The notes beneath the pieces were generated by a model. It saw only the letters and a program-made list of their open reading frames with translations, ran no database searches and was not told the DNA's origin. DNA of 62,463 nucleotides, the filler included, from Stramenopiles sp. TOSAG23-3 (Eukaryota): NCBI GenBank assembly GCA_900128585.1. It is 13 parts of 13 records of this genome, joined end to end, with 100 filler letters (N's around TTAATTAATTAA, not from the genome) between each part and the next. Parts side by side here need not be neighbours in the genome. Positions count along the whole stretch, not along the records: positions 38,556 to 43,265 come from LT643730.1; positions 43,366 to 48,071 come from LT643731.1; positions 48,172 to 52,872 come from LT643732.1; positions 52,973 to 57,670 come from LT643733.1; 9 more parts are not named here. One strand, given 5' to 3'. Position 1 is the first letter of the stretch. Every line of letters starts with the position of its first letter. Positions 42,311 through 53,524 of this stretch are shown piece by piece. The position numbers were made by a program, and so were the translations under genes.

Positions 42311-42664
42311 ATCAGGACAAAGGACATTATCATATAATTAGAATAATGTACTACTACATATTTGTACGGAAATTTTTAACAGTGAGATAGCATTACGTTT
42401 GATTTTGATCAAACTGAATCGAATGACTAATAAATACAGGTAAATAACAAAGAACATCCATCTACTCTTCTTCTTTTTTTTCTTCTTTTCTTCTTTTTCT
42501 TTCATCATAATACAACACACACACAACGAACTACAAAACACCATCCTCCTCCTCCTCCTCCACCACTTCTTCTTCTCCGACAACGGGGTTTCAAAAAAGA
42601 AAAAATATCAACAGTGTAAAAAATATAATATCAACACAAAACAAAACAAGTATATCAAAAAAGA

Positions 42665-43265
42665 ATGAAATTTAAAATAATTTTGTTGATATTCATCGTT
42701 GCGGTTTCATGCGGCGACGTCGCGCATGGCGTTGACTGCCAAGGACCGGAATGTGCAGCCCGAGAGACAAACCGATCGGCATCGTACGCTGAAGGTACGT
42801 GGGCGGCTGATGGGAAAACTTGGACTGGACCAAAAGGCACGGGCGGTGTGGCCTCTGGTCAAAGTGCACCCGCTGCAACGGAAGACGAGGAATCACTCCT
42901 CGGACGTCTGTCGCAAAAACTGTGGCAACCCATTTCGCAAATGGCATGGGAACCCAAGAAACCCATAGGTCGCATGCTGTGGGAAACCAAGAACGTCTGT
43001 GCGGTCGAGGAAAGGTTCAGAGCCGCCCGCGACGATACTTTTGACCCGACGACCGTGGACTCTGCCGCGTGGATTGACACGGAGGGTCAGCTTAACTTCG
43101 CCTACAAGGCGAATACGGCCATTTCGTCGGTGTCCTTCGGGGATTCCTGCCCTCACAACTACGACGCCAAAGCGGAAAACACCGCATGGACGATCATACA
43201 GGGGGACGGCACGGAGGACCAGCAGGTTCGGTACAAAAAGGACTACCACACGTTCGTGGAAGACT
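42665..43265 (+). CDS. Secreted hypothetical protein, 3'-partial
   Basis: Signal peptide MKFKIILLIFIVAVSCG; open to the linker. Confidence 0.75.
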
Positions 43266-43365
43266 NNNNNNNNNNNNNNNNNNNNNNNNNNNNNNNNNNN
43301 NNNNNNNNNTTAATTAATTAANNNNNNNNNNNNNNNNNNNNNNNNNNNNNNNNNNNNNNNNNNNN

Positions 43366-45255
43366 TTGTATTTTCAATTTCCAAAAGGTCATGCGGAGTG
43401 GTTGTATCGGATCGATGGGCCGTACAAGGCGACGGGGAAACTGGTAAGGCAGAGTTCAGGGAATAATGACGAGCCGCAAGTCGTCCACTCGTATGAATCG
43501 GGCGAGTGGACGCAGTGGTTGCCTTTCAGCCCTTCCGATTCTGAAAAAATGGAACGGGCTGCAGCTTTGGACAAAGAAGAAATTTCTGTGGTGAACGGCC
43601 TTTACGATGTACTTTTTAGCAAGCGTTCGATGGTGCCCATCTATTGGGAAGGGGGAACCGCTGTCCCGATACGAAGAGCCACTTGGTGGAGCAAAATTCC
43701 CCCAAACATTGGGATCGATGCACTGGCCCTGGGTGCAATGGACTACGCGCCCTTGTCGGAAGAGGAAGCGTTGGAGGCAGAATCTGCGATGTTGCTGCTC
43801 TACAGCTCGTCCGATGAGCAGTTCCTGGCGTCTCGCATTATTTCGCGGGAAAAAAATGTAAAGAAGTACTCCCAAAATCCAGGAGAAGATGCAGTTGATG
43901 TCGCATTTGCCCCGTTGCTGTCGGGCAAACTGGAAATCCTGGACAGCGTCCGAAAAATACACTTTGTGCCTGATGCAATCCCAAACATATTAGAGAATAC
44001 AGAAGAGGGCGAGGTTCCACGGCCTCCAGTACCATGGCCCATGGGCATTAGCGAAGCGATTGCATCCCTTGAAAAGGCATTGGAAGCGGGATACACGAAT
44101 TCTGTCGGGTTGTTGGGAGGCCTCCTTCGGCAACGTGCCAGCATCAGGAGGGGACGGCCTTGTCCGAGCAGCATCTCGGGGGGAAGCGACGGTGAACATG
44201 CACACGAAGCTACTGCTCCGCCGAAAAACATTGCTTTTGTCGTTCATGGTATTGGGGAAGCATTTGCGCAGGTGCACGCAGGAGAATTTTTTGGGACCGT
44301 CATTGAAGCCGCCGGAGAACTGAATTCGAGTGTGGCGATGGGCGACGTTGTCTACCTCCCTATCAGCTGGGCCTCAGTTATTCATGAGGGAAATTCGTCC
44401 ACGTCGAACAAGATAAAGGCAATAACATTGCCCAATACGCCCATGCTACGGAATGTCGGTAATGACGTGATCAGTGACATCTTGTTCTACGGCAACGAGG
44501 TTCACAAGCAAAACATTTTGCGGACTGTTACTGAGCAAATAAACGAAGTCTACGAGACGTTTCTTGTCCGAAACCCTGGCTTCAGTGGGGAGTGCTCCAT
44601 TGTTGCGCACAGTTTAGGAACTGAGGTTGTTTTCGATTTGTTGCAGCTGCAAAGGGGGGAAAGCGAAATTTCAGAAGAAAGGTTGGCTTTGAACATGCCG
44701 ATTCAGAACGTCTTCAACTTGGGAAGTCCTCTTGGATTGTTTCTTGCCATTAGGAACATGGAAGGGTTTAATAGAAAATTTCGCTTACCCAACGTGAAGC
44801 GTTTCTTTAACATTTTTCATGAATTCGACCCCGTCGCGTACCGGCTGGAGCCTTTGTTTGACACTGTTTTTTCCGAGCTAGAGCCTGTCGAGATTGAGCG
44901 CGCGGACAAAAGCGTGCCGGCTCATGCCAAACTTAAGACGACTGCGAAGGCAGTGTACGAGAGCTTCAGCTTGTTCTATGAAAAAGCTGCAGGGCTGAAG
45001 GACATGATTGTACCTCGCACCAATCTTGGCAGCACAGAAAGCGGGAACGAACTGTCTTCGTCGGAGACAACACCATTGGCTAGCTCTATTGCAGAAGGTT
45101 TCGGTAACATAAACGGTGGTAACCGTGTTGATTATCAGCTCGTGTCCTCCGATTCAGAAGTGATGAATCCGTACCTGACAAGTGCAAAGGCGCATTTCGT
45201 GTACTGGAGTAGCAAGGATTTTGTCGAATTCATGAAGGAGCAACTTTTTTTTTAA
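43366..45255 (+). CDS. DDHD-domain phospholipase A1 (DDHD/SEC23IP-like), 5'-partial
   Basis: FVVHGIG, LPISW, DILFY, AHSLG (lipase Ser), GSPLGLF, FFNIFHEFDPVAYRLEP, RVDYQL, AHFVYW; upstream WWE-like W.PF segment. Confidence 0.92.
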   Translation: MYFQFPKGHAEWLYRIDGPYKATGKLVRQSSGNNDEPQVVHSYESGEWTQWLPFSPSDSEKMERAAALDKEEISVVNGLYDVLFSKRSMVPIYWEGGTAVPIRRATWWSKIPPNIGIDALALGAMDYAPLSEEEALEAESAMLLLYSSSDEQFLASRIISREKNVKKYSQNPGEDAVDVAFAPLLSGKLEILDSVRKIHFVPDAIPNILENTEEGEVPRPPVPWPMGISEAIASLEKALEAGYTNSVGLLGGLLRQRASIRRGRPCPSSISGGSDGEHAHEATAPPKNIAFVVHGIGEAFAQVHAGEFFGTVIEAAGELNSSVAMGDVVYLPISWASVIHEGNSSTSNKIKAITLPNTPMLRNVGNDVISDILFYGNEVHKQNILRTVTEQINEVYETFLVRNPGFSGECSIVAHSLGTEVVFDLLQLQRGESEISEERLALNMPIQNVFNLGSPLGLFLAIRNMEGFNRKFRLPNVKRFFNIFHEFDPVAYRLEPLFDTVFSELEPVEIERADKSVPAHAKLKTTAKAVYESFSLFYEKAAGLKDMIVPRTNLGSTESGNELSSSETTPLASSIAEGFGNINGGNRVDYQLVSSDSEVMNPYLTSAKAHFVYWSSKDFVEFMKEQLFF

Positions 45256-45368
45256 AAAAGCGGCGATTGATCCTCTGCTTCACTAATTCTATTTTAATCA
45301 AGTTAGGATTAGGGTACGATGAAGCTAAATTTAATTACGAATATCAAGTAAAATAATAATATGAAGTT

Positions 45369-47114
45369 TTACTGGTAGGCTCCAACTGCCCGCTTCTTCT
45401 TACAGTCTTTATACATGGAGTACAGAGCAGTGAGGATGGTAGCAATAAGCATTAAGATGTCGGCTACGAGTGTCCTTTGGTTTGCTTCGTCGACCTTTCC
45501 AATGGTAGTTCCTAGGTAGGCAAACACTTCATTCGTTTCCGGATCCGAGCACTGTGCCTTCCCGACCGTAGCAAAAAACGTCTTGACTCCTCCGGACGCC
45601 TGGACCGCCAAAATCAAAGGAATCCATTTGGATATCTTTGCAATAAATCCGCACACTGACTTGGCCTTCTTGATGTTCTTTTCTTCCACTTCCCCAGAGC
45701 CTGGAATGCACGGTAAGTCGGAGTCTTTGTCGAAGATGAACATGATCACCGTGATTGGAAAGACAATACCCAATATAAAAAGTCCGAAGATTCCGTTTAA
45801 TACAGTGAGCGTTTGTTGATGGCCCTGGAGTTTTTGTACTGGCTTCAAGTTCTTCGATAAGTCTTCCATACTGCCAGCGGTACAATTCGCGGCCCATAGC
45901 AGCTCCCGGCGGTAACTCAGGTAGTACTTATACGTGCTTTGGCCAGTGCCTCCAGTGAAGGAAACCGTGGGCGTTTTCTCACCTACGGGTACAGCGGTCG
46001 CGGCTCCTTCGCTATTTGCTCCTGCAGCTGTAATTTTTCTCATCGTATTGCCACCACCAGTACTGATGCCGTTGTTTGTGAACATGTTATCTTCAACGCT
46101 CTCATCGAATACCGTGTATCGGCTATCGTAGTCCTTCTTACCCTTGGAGTCACGGCATGGTTTGGGGTTGTTGTATTTTGCACGGTTGTATTTTTCCCGC
46201 CCCTCCCATCCCTCTTTGCCATGATCGCACATCCATCCGAGAGTCATGCGAACCTCGACAATGGGACGCTCAGTTTTGACCCTCGAGGCAAATGTTGTCT
46301 CGGTAACAGAGTTTAAAGTCGTTATTGGACAATCTGCTGCTTTCTCAGCGCAGTACACGCCTGCGTCTTTTGCGTTTCCACACTCGACCGTGCCGTCGGG
46401 GCACTTGTTCTCCTTGGGGTCGGGCTTGGGGCGATCGATTGCGGACTTGCCCCCACGTTTGTAGCAAACCTTTTTGCTGTTGAATACATTTAGTTCTTTC
46501 TCTTTTTCGCCTGACTCGCTGTAACACCCAGCTTTGGTCTTGTTCGTGGTACACACACCTTGCACATTCGTATCAAACGTTTTCACCTGATAGGATGGAG
46601 TGCTGTCAAGTTTATTTTTGCACCCCGCACTTTTTTGTTGCGAGTTGCACCCATTTGCACTGCTTGACTGGCAAATCACTCCTTCTTTATTGCTATCACC
46701 TTGGCAACCGGAAATTTTCCAGTACTTGTACCGAAATGAACGGGTCCTGCCACTCGCATCTTTACAAATACAAAATTTTGCTGTTCCTGGCCACACGGCT
46801 ACGCTTTGCAGAGTGTCGGCGGATTTGTCTTCGGTGTATTTATTCGCACTAGTAGCGTACCCAGTTCCTTCCACAAAGCCCGACGGGCAGTTCCCGGTCT
46901 TCGCCACAACCGTTGCGGCTACAAGCGGCGTGGCGTTCCAATTCTTAATAATAAAATTGAAATCATCTGTGTTTTGCGTGAGCAAATTCTGAGCATCGAG
47001 GCAGTTTACAAAAGAGTAAATACTCATAACGAAGGAGAAAAAAGCAGAGACGCCCATAATGAATTTATGCCTCTTCCTGGGGTCCTTTAGTATTGCACGC
47101 AGTACATCACACAT
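45369..47114 (-). CDS. Membrane protein with large Cys-rich ectodomain (1 N-terminal and about 3 C-terminal TM helices)
   Basis: Hydrophobic FIMGVSAFFSFVMSIYSFV; many Cys (NW..CP..WPG..C.C, CPIT); hydrophobic C-terminal segments. Confidence 0.75.
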   Translation of the reverse strand: MCDVLRAILKDPRKRHKFIMGVSAFFSFVMSIYSFVNCLDAQNLLTQNTDDFNFIIKNWNATPLVAATVVAKTGNCPSGFVEGTGYATSANKYTEDKSADTLQSVAVWPGTAKFCICKDASGRTRSFRYKYWKISGCQGDSNKEGVICQSSSANGCNSQQKSAGCKNKLDSTPSYQVKTFDTNVQGVCTTNKTKAGCYSESGEKEKELNVFNSKKVCYKRGGKSAIDRPKPDPKENKCPDGTVECGNAKDAGVYCAEKAADCPITTLNSVTETTFASRVKTERPIVEVRMTLGWMCDHGKEGWEGREKYNRAKYNNPKPCRDSKGKKDYDSRYTVFDESVEDNMFTNNGISTGGGNTMRKITAAGANSEGAATAVPVGEKTPTVSFTGGTGQSTYKYYLSYRRELLWAANCTAGSMEDLSKNLKPVQKLQGHQQTLTVLNGIFGLFILGIVFPITVIMFIFDKDSDLPCIPGSGEVEEKNIKKAKSVCGFIAKISKWIPLILAVQASGGVKTFFATVGKAQCSDPETNEVFAYLGTTIGKVDEANQRTLVADILMLIATILTALYSMYKDCKKKRAVGAYQ

Positions 47115-48570
47115 AGTATTGCACACAGACTTTTTTAGTTATTTTCTTTTGTATTTTGATATGCGAACTTGACAAAGTCTTTGTTGAACGGAAATAATAA
47201 AAAAGAAGATACAGAATAGATTGCACAATTCGGGGTGGTGGTGGGGAGTTAAAAATCACACGTGCCCCTGGACCCTGGACTACTTGCTCAGAATTTTGTG
47301 AAAGAAAAAAAAAGTACTATTATAGCTAAAATATACTGCTGTAGTAATTTGTGTTTTTTATTAAAAAAACGACGACCTAATAAAAAAAGTCGTCTTCTAT
47401 TCTTCTTCTTCTTCTCGATATTCTCCTGCTGTACCAACAGTGCTAACTTTTTCAGAGTATAATTGTTGAATCAATCAACAACAACACGTATTTTAATTAT
47501 TATTATATAGAAAGAGTAATTAACCCAATAATTTTAAAAATATAAACAACGACAAAACAATTCTTCTTCTAGTATAATTATAACATAGACACAGAACAGG
47601 CACCGGTAAATGTTGTTGTAGAGAAGAAGAAGAAACAAAAAAGAAGAAAAAATCACTCATACAACAACAGTATAATAAAAGCTTTATAATAAAAAGAAAG
47701 ACGACTATGAACTATGATGAACGGGTCAGAAAATAAAAATCCAAACCAACTTTTTAGACGACAATTTTCAATCCTCTTCTTTGACTCTAGTTGGACTAGT
47801 ACGCATTATTAGAATACGCCTCGAGGTGGGTATTAATAATATTATTTACCTGGGGTACATGGGGGGGTACCGTACCGGTATAATAGTCTCTCGTACTAGT
47901 CCTCGTAGTTAATTGGTTTCAAGAATGAGCAGCTCACAACATGTTCGTATAGTCTGTATAATAATATACGAGGAGTCGAGTCGTTCTACCGTATTATAAT
48001 AAGCTATTAGGATGAAAATATAAAAAAAAGTGTTGTAGGTAGAGTCATCGTCTTCATATAATAACTATGACNNNNNNNNNNNNNNNNNNNNNNNNNNNNN
48101 NNNNNNNNNNNNNNNTTAATTAATTAANNNNNNNNNNNNNNNNNNNNNNNNNNNNNNNNNNNNNNNNNNNNAATGTTTGGTTCCTCAGCTTTAAATGCAC
48201 TTAAAGTTGAAGTTTCTTCATAATAGGGATGGGAGGGGAGGGCAACAGATTATAGAATCAATGCAATGCAAAAGAAGTACTGCTATACCATATAGTGTGT
48301 TGTTGCCTTTTATTCCATTTTTTAATTATTTTTTAATGAGTGTACGTACTATGTTACTACTATGTATATGTATATGTATATGAAAGAACAAAGTAAAAAC
48401 AAACTAACCAACCAACAATTCACTGTGTAATTTGAACTTTGATTTTAAACGATTCCATAAAGTAACTTATACGTCTCTTGGAGAAGCATTTCGTTTTAGC
48501 GTTTATAAGAATTAAATCTGTATTTCTTAGTTTTTAATAATACTACGAGACATATACCGCACACATTATA

Positions 48571-50145
48571 ATGAAAATGAAACTACGATTGATTTTATTG
48601 ATTGCATTTATAGGTTTATGCTCGGCAACGTCAGTGTCGTTTATAAAATGGTTAAAAAAAATTGGAAATAAAATAACCGGGAAAAGCGACGGCCCCGCTT
48701 GGCTGAGTCTATATAAAAGCACATTTTGGAATGGACTAAAGCCACCATTCATTTATGATGTTAGGATAAAGGAGGAAGAACTTTACAAACTGAGACCTAT
48801 CAGAAAAACAAAAATGAAAGAATTGATTAAAAAATTTTGTATCCAAAAGGGCACACGTTCGTTTTTCTTACCGTCCGAAAAAACTAATGATTGCTGCAAA
48901 AAGTGTTTAAATGGCATGACGTCAGAAAATTTGGCCGAAATTCTGTCGATGGACCTTAATCGCAAAGAATGCAAACAAAAGGAAACGCCTTCCAAGCGTG
49001 TGCTTGCCCAAGATGTTATGTACAACAAATGTACTTCCAAATGTGGCGCTGGTGATTCCTTAACGTTTGAAGAATATATTCGTATGGAAAGTAAGATGGC
49101 AGTTTTGGAGAAATTGCAGGCAGAAGAAAAGATGGTTGAACGTGTGAAGCATATTGCCATTGAAGGAGGAACTGATGTTTTTACTTCACAAGTTGAAACA
49201 CTTCAAACACTATATTCAACGAAAAGTGGAGACGTCGATACGTGGCGCAACATCATTCAACGCAGAATAAAGGATGTGAGACTGCTTGAGCGGATTCTTG
49301 AGATCACGGAAATTCAAAGAAGGCCCAGGCCTAAGACCTGGAAAGCGAACCCAATCAAAGACTGGCGATCCTGGACTTTTTATTTCAATCAAAAAGGCTA
49401 CACAGTCGAAGATGCACAGTATGTAAAAAATATTGCAACGTACTCGTATAGGAATGCCGAAAGGAACGATCTCAAATCGATTCTCAAAAATCCAACCTAT
49501 GATGGATTGGTAAATTTTATCCATCTAAAACAAGCTTTTCTGAAACAGAAAAACTGTGACAAAAAAAGTTTGAATGCTTTTCTGGATTTTCAAATTTTTT
49601 GGTCAGACGAAAAAGACTGGGGAACGCAACTCAATATTGAGAAACACATCTTGTGCTGCATGAAGACATTTTCTACAGTAAGAACAGTAAGAGGAAAGGA
49701 TTGGTTTGAAACTAAAGCGCACAAAAAGTATCTTGAAGACTATGCTGGGCTCTGTACAGATGACGACAGTCCATCTCTTCTTGAAACTGAAAATGGTGTT
49801 AAACATATCGATGTGATTCCCCAAGATGGCATAAGCGTTAAAACAGTCAATGGTTGTAAAATGTGTAAACGAGAAATGTTACCTAAAGAAACTAAAATAT
49901 TTGAGAAGGACTCGAAGACTGTGCTTGAACTGTACAATAACGCTAAAACGAGCGATATGAACAAGTGTCTTGAGTGTGTTATAAAAGATAACCAGAAGAA
50001 AGTAATTATGACAGTTAACAAAGGCCAGTTTGAAGGTGAATGGATGGAAGTGAGGATGAAAGACAATATACTTGTGTGGTTTATTTATCCCAAAGAACAA
50101 AGGCGCCGGCTGTTAGGTGCACACAAAAGCTCCGGTAGTTGCTAA
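48571..50145 (+). CDS. Secreted Lys/Cys-rich hypothetical protein ending RRRLL..GSC
   Basis: 524-aa ORF with signal peptide MKMKLRLILLIAFIGLCSA; visibly more AT-rich than most genes here. Confidence 0.75.
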   Translation: MKMKLRLILLIAFIGLCSATSVSFIKWLKKIGNKITGKSDGPAWLSLYKSTFWNGLKPPFIYDVRIKEEELYKLRPIRKTKMKELIKKFCIQKGTRSFFLPSEKTNDCCKKCLNGMTSENLAEILSMDLNRKECKQKETPSKRVLAQDVMYNKCTSKCGAGDSLTFEEYIRMESKMAVLEKLQAEEKMVERVKHIAIEGGTDVFTSQVETLQTLYSTKSGDVDTWRNIIQRRIKDVRLLERILEITEIQRRPRPKTWKANPIKDWRSWTFYFNQKGYTVEDAQYVKNIATYSYRNAERNDLKSILKNPTYDGLVNFIHLKQAFLKQKNCDKKSLNAFLDFQIFWSDEKDWGTQLNIEKHILCCMKTFSTVRTVRGKDWFETKAHKKYLEDYAGLCTDDDSPSLLETENGVKHIDVIPQDGISVKTVNGCKMCKREMLPKETKIFEKDSKTVLELYNNAKTSDMNKCLECVIKDNQKKVIMTVNKGQFEGEWMEVRMKDNILVWFIYPKEQRRRLLGAHKSSGSC

Positions 50146-50233
50146 TTCGTAAAACATATCTGGTGCAAAAATTGTTGCCAATATTTTGTTTATAAATAAC
50201 AGCCACTATTTTGTTTTTTATTTATGAAATTAC

Positions 50234-52072
50234 TTACTGTGCACAATCTCCCCCATCATGACTACATGGTGGCTGGTTGCATTCTAGGTCGCATATCTGG
50301 TCCGCTCTCCATTCGTTTAGGCATGTTGCAGTGCATTGCAGCGTGCATCCTTTTCCAGCCTCCGCTAACAGTTCTTGAACATTTCTAGGGCATTCGGCAG
50401 AATTTGTCCACCCATTTGTACACATTGGGTTTCCCGCAATCCACAAACTTGTTATTGGAGACTGCCTGAAGGAACCAGGAAGGTGTATTAATCGATTATG
50501 GCGAACATCGAGTTGTCGCAGGGTGTTTGCTGAACCTATCCAATCCGGCAATGAAGAAATATTGTTTGCAGACAAATATACATCCGTGAGTAGAACGCCT
50601 TTTAAATTTAGTGGCAAAGACTTTATCATGTTGGCGTGTGCCACCAAGTACTGTACATGTCTCCAAGAACCTACAGGGATCTCTGCCAGACTATTGTTCT
50701 GCACCCGAAGAACGTATAAAGAAGATAACTTCCCAACAACGCTTATATCTTTTAAATTATTGAAAGATACATCCAAAAATACTAGACCTGTCAAATGTGC
50801 CATGTTGTCCGGAAGCCGTTTTAATTTATTAGCACTTGCGTCCAATCTGATTGTTGTCGTCCCAATGTCGTCTGGAAGGGTCTCCAAGCGATTTTCCGCC
50901 ACGTTCAATTGCGACAAGACGGAAAAGCGAGACAAACCTGGCAACCGCTGCAAAGGCCCTTTTCTTACCGTTGCCTTTCGCAATGCCGTCATTTCATCGA
51001 TTTCCAAAGGCAATTCCGTCATGTTATGAGTAACGATCTTCAGCACAGCGCAATTGCAAGTTGGGGTAAAAAGTCTTCCACAAAATGGAACCTGGACCTC
51101 GCATTTGGCCCACAGTATCGGGTGGCATCCCATTGCCCGAACGCTGACCTGTATGATGGCAATTGCCGTGTAGAACAGTGCTGACAGCAACAAAACCCCC
51201 ACGATTAATCGCTTTGCAGGCGCCGGGACGGACTTGTCTTGCTTCTCAGCCATTGCTATGACCTCCGGTTTTTGGAACAGGCTAGAGCGCCGCCTGCTTA
51301 AGCGCATCGACGAGTTGCGTTGCTGCTCCATCACAAGTGTTGCCTGGTGTTCCTGCACGTTCTCTTCCAAAAGTTCGTGAATTTTCAACAAAGTAGAAAA
51401 TGTAGGCCACACTGTCAGTAGAAGCAAGTCTGGGATGTTCATCGGCACTTGAAAAGCAAACCAAAGGAAGAGCAGAGGGATCGTGGTGCAAAACACGTCT
51501 ACACCCAAATCTATCTTGACCTGACAGTTCCTCCGACCCGGAGTATTCGGTTGCAGCATGCTGAGAACACAGACCAAATTATCAATGGCAAGGCCGACGC
51601 AGAGAACGCACACGGGAGTCACGGGAAGGGAGCATGCATATATTGTGACAAGGTTGTAGGTTTGCAGGATAATCTCAACTATTTCCAGGATGTACAATTT
51701 CCAGAGAAAGAACTCCCCGTTGATATCAAACATTGCCATGGTGCGCTTGGCACGTAGAATTAGTGACTTACTCTCGTTTGTGTGCTTCGTTTCAGCTCCT
51801 TTGGTTAGCTTCCTCCAACAGAAGAGGTGGTTGATGACAAGGGCAAAGCTTCCTGCCGAAAGGATGAAGAATGGCCAGGAATTTACCCTTTTTATTGTGA
51901 AGCCTTGGTGTAACGTAAATGCTATATAGAAATGCCCACCGCTGATGCAGATGGCAAGGAGCATAAGACTCACCCCAGAGCATCCAACATGTTTGCAGAA
52001 TGAATCCTTGACCTCCAACTCCAAATCGACTTCAAAGGACTTCAAGACGCTGGTGCTGGAGGAACTTGGCAT
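50234..52072 (-). CDS. Multi-pass membrane protein with LRRs and a C-terminal LNR (Notch) repeat
   Basis: About 7 hydrophobic segments, then L..L.V..N.L..LP repeats, GNPMC cap and CLNEWRADQICDLECNQPPCSHDGGDC. Confidence 0.85.
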   Translation of the reverse strand: MPSSSSTSVLKSFEVDLELEVKDSFCKHVGCSGVSLMLLAICISGGHFYIAFTLHQGFTIKRVNSWPFFILSAGSFALVINHLFCWRKLTKGAETKHTNESKSLILRAKRTMAMFDINGEFFLWKLYILEIVEIILQTYNLVTIYACSLPVTPVCVLCVGLAIDNLVCVLSMLQPNTPGRRNCQVKIDLGVDVFCTTIPLLFLWFAFQVPMNIPDLLLLTVWPTFSTLLKIHELLEENVQEHQATLVMEQQRNSSMRLSRRRSSLFQKPEVIAMAEKQDKSVPAPAKRLIVGVLLLSALFYTAIAIIQVSVRAMGCHPILWAKCEVQVPFCGRLFTPTCNCAVLKIVTHNMTELPLEIDEMTALRKATVRKGPLQRLPGLSRFSVLSQLNVAENRLETLPDDIGTTTIRLDASANKLKRLPDNMAHLTGLVFLDVSFNNLKDISVVGKLSSLYVLRVQNNSLAEIPVGSWRHVQYLVAHANMIKSLPLNLKGVLLTDVYLSANNISSLPDWIGSANTLRQLDVRHNRLIHLPGSFRQSPITSLWIAGNPMCTNGWTNSAECPRNVQELLAEAGKGCTLQCTATCLNEWRADQICDLECNQPPCSHDGGDCAQ

Positions 52073-52506
52073 GTTTAATTGAATGGGTTTATATTAATGC
52101 AATTTTTCTGTTAAACCTGGAGATGCATTTGCACAGAAAAAATACGCTTTGCAATAATTATTAGTCCAGCATCACGGAATCAACTTTATGATAATTATTA
52201 CAACTATAAAATCAGCGCGTTAAATTCAATGTAATAAAGTGTAACAACATACATGAAAACAAATGAGACTAAAATATATACATGTTACAAAAAAAAAAAA
52301 GAAGAAAAAGAAAATATAATAAAAATATATAAGAGACATTACTACCTCCCCACCTTTTTGGTCCCCACCCTATTTTCATGTTTTTCCCTTAAGAAAACTT
52401 GAACGACGACATCATTTATAAATTCTGGCAGCCGGAACATTTTTTTACGTTATTAACTATTTCCAATTTTGTATTATATATAGTACAATTCAACCCTATA
52501 AAGTGT

Positions 52507-52672
52507 ATGACCCTTCGGGACGCCTGGCAGGGGCCTATTTCTATAATTTACCTAATCTCGTATGCTGTGTCAATACGAAGCTATAGCAGCAACGATGAGC
52601 GGCTCCTCCCATTCTATCAAGAATTAGGTAAATTATCGAAATAGGCCCCTGTCAGGCGTCCCGAAGGGTCAT
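52507..52672. repeat. 50-bp inverted repeat (2 mismatches) around a 66-bp spacer; MITE-like or hairpin element
   Basis: 52507-52556 atgacccttcgggacgcctggcaggggcctatttctataatttacctaat is the reverse complement of 52623-52672 except at two positions. Confidence 0.9.
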
Positions 52673-52800
52673 TTCATTATTTTGATAGAATATTTAATTG
52701 TATCAAAATGGTATACTACCAATACAAACTATGTACTGTACTCACAAAAGGAAAGGATCCAATAATAATGATGTGCGTGCGTGCTCGTTGAAGGAAGAGA

Positions 52801-52872
52801 GAAGAAGAAGAAGAAGAAGAAGAAGAAGAAGAAGAAGAAGAAGAAGAAGAAGAAGAAGAAGAAGAAGAAGAA
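52801..52872. repeat. (GAA)n microsatellite at contig end
   Basis: Perfect gaa run up to the linker. Confidence 0.95.
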
Positions 52873-52972
52873 NNNNNNNNNNNNNNNNNNNNNNNNNNNN
52901 NNNNNNNNNNNNNNNNTTAATTAATTAANNNNNNNNNNNNNNNNNNNNNNNNNNNNNNNNNNNNNNNNNNNN

Positions 52973-52973
52973 T

Positions 52974-53050
<77 letters not shown>
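52973..53050. repeat. (TTTC)n microsatellite at contig start
   Basis: Perfect ttct run. Confidence 0.95.
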
Positions 53051-53524
53051 ACTTACTTTACTAATTTTAAGTTGACTTTGTTCCTATTTCTATTTAGATA
53101 AAATAAAAAGTTACAACTGCTGTGTTTATTGTATCCATTGCTGTGTTCTTATTATTTAATATGGAAGGAAAAAAAATTACTTTTTTTTTGAATAAATTAC
53201 TACTCTTTTCAATTGAATGAGATGCTCTGTCTATGTACGGTACATAATAATATTGAAATTATTATTATTCAATTATTATTAGATAGAGTTAACAGGTAAA
53301 TAAGAAGGAGAAGAGGGGAAATTCGTTTGTTTGTTTTCATTTAAAATATTTGTACGAAATGAATTCTTACTACGAGAGCGCATTAAAAGATGAATCCAAC
53401 CGAGTTCATGTTCAATTGAAAACGGAAGGTTAATCTATCCGTTCATCCAACTATTATCATATAACAATAAGGCAATCTTTTTGTTTACGTGCGAAGAAAT
53501 AAATCAGAACTACGTGCGTTGATC

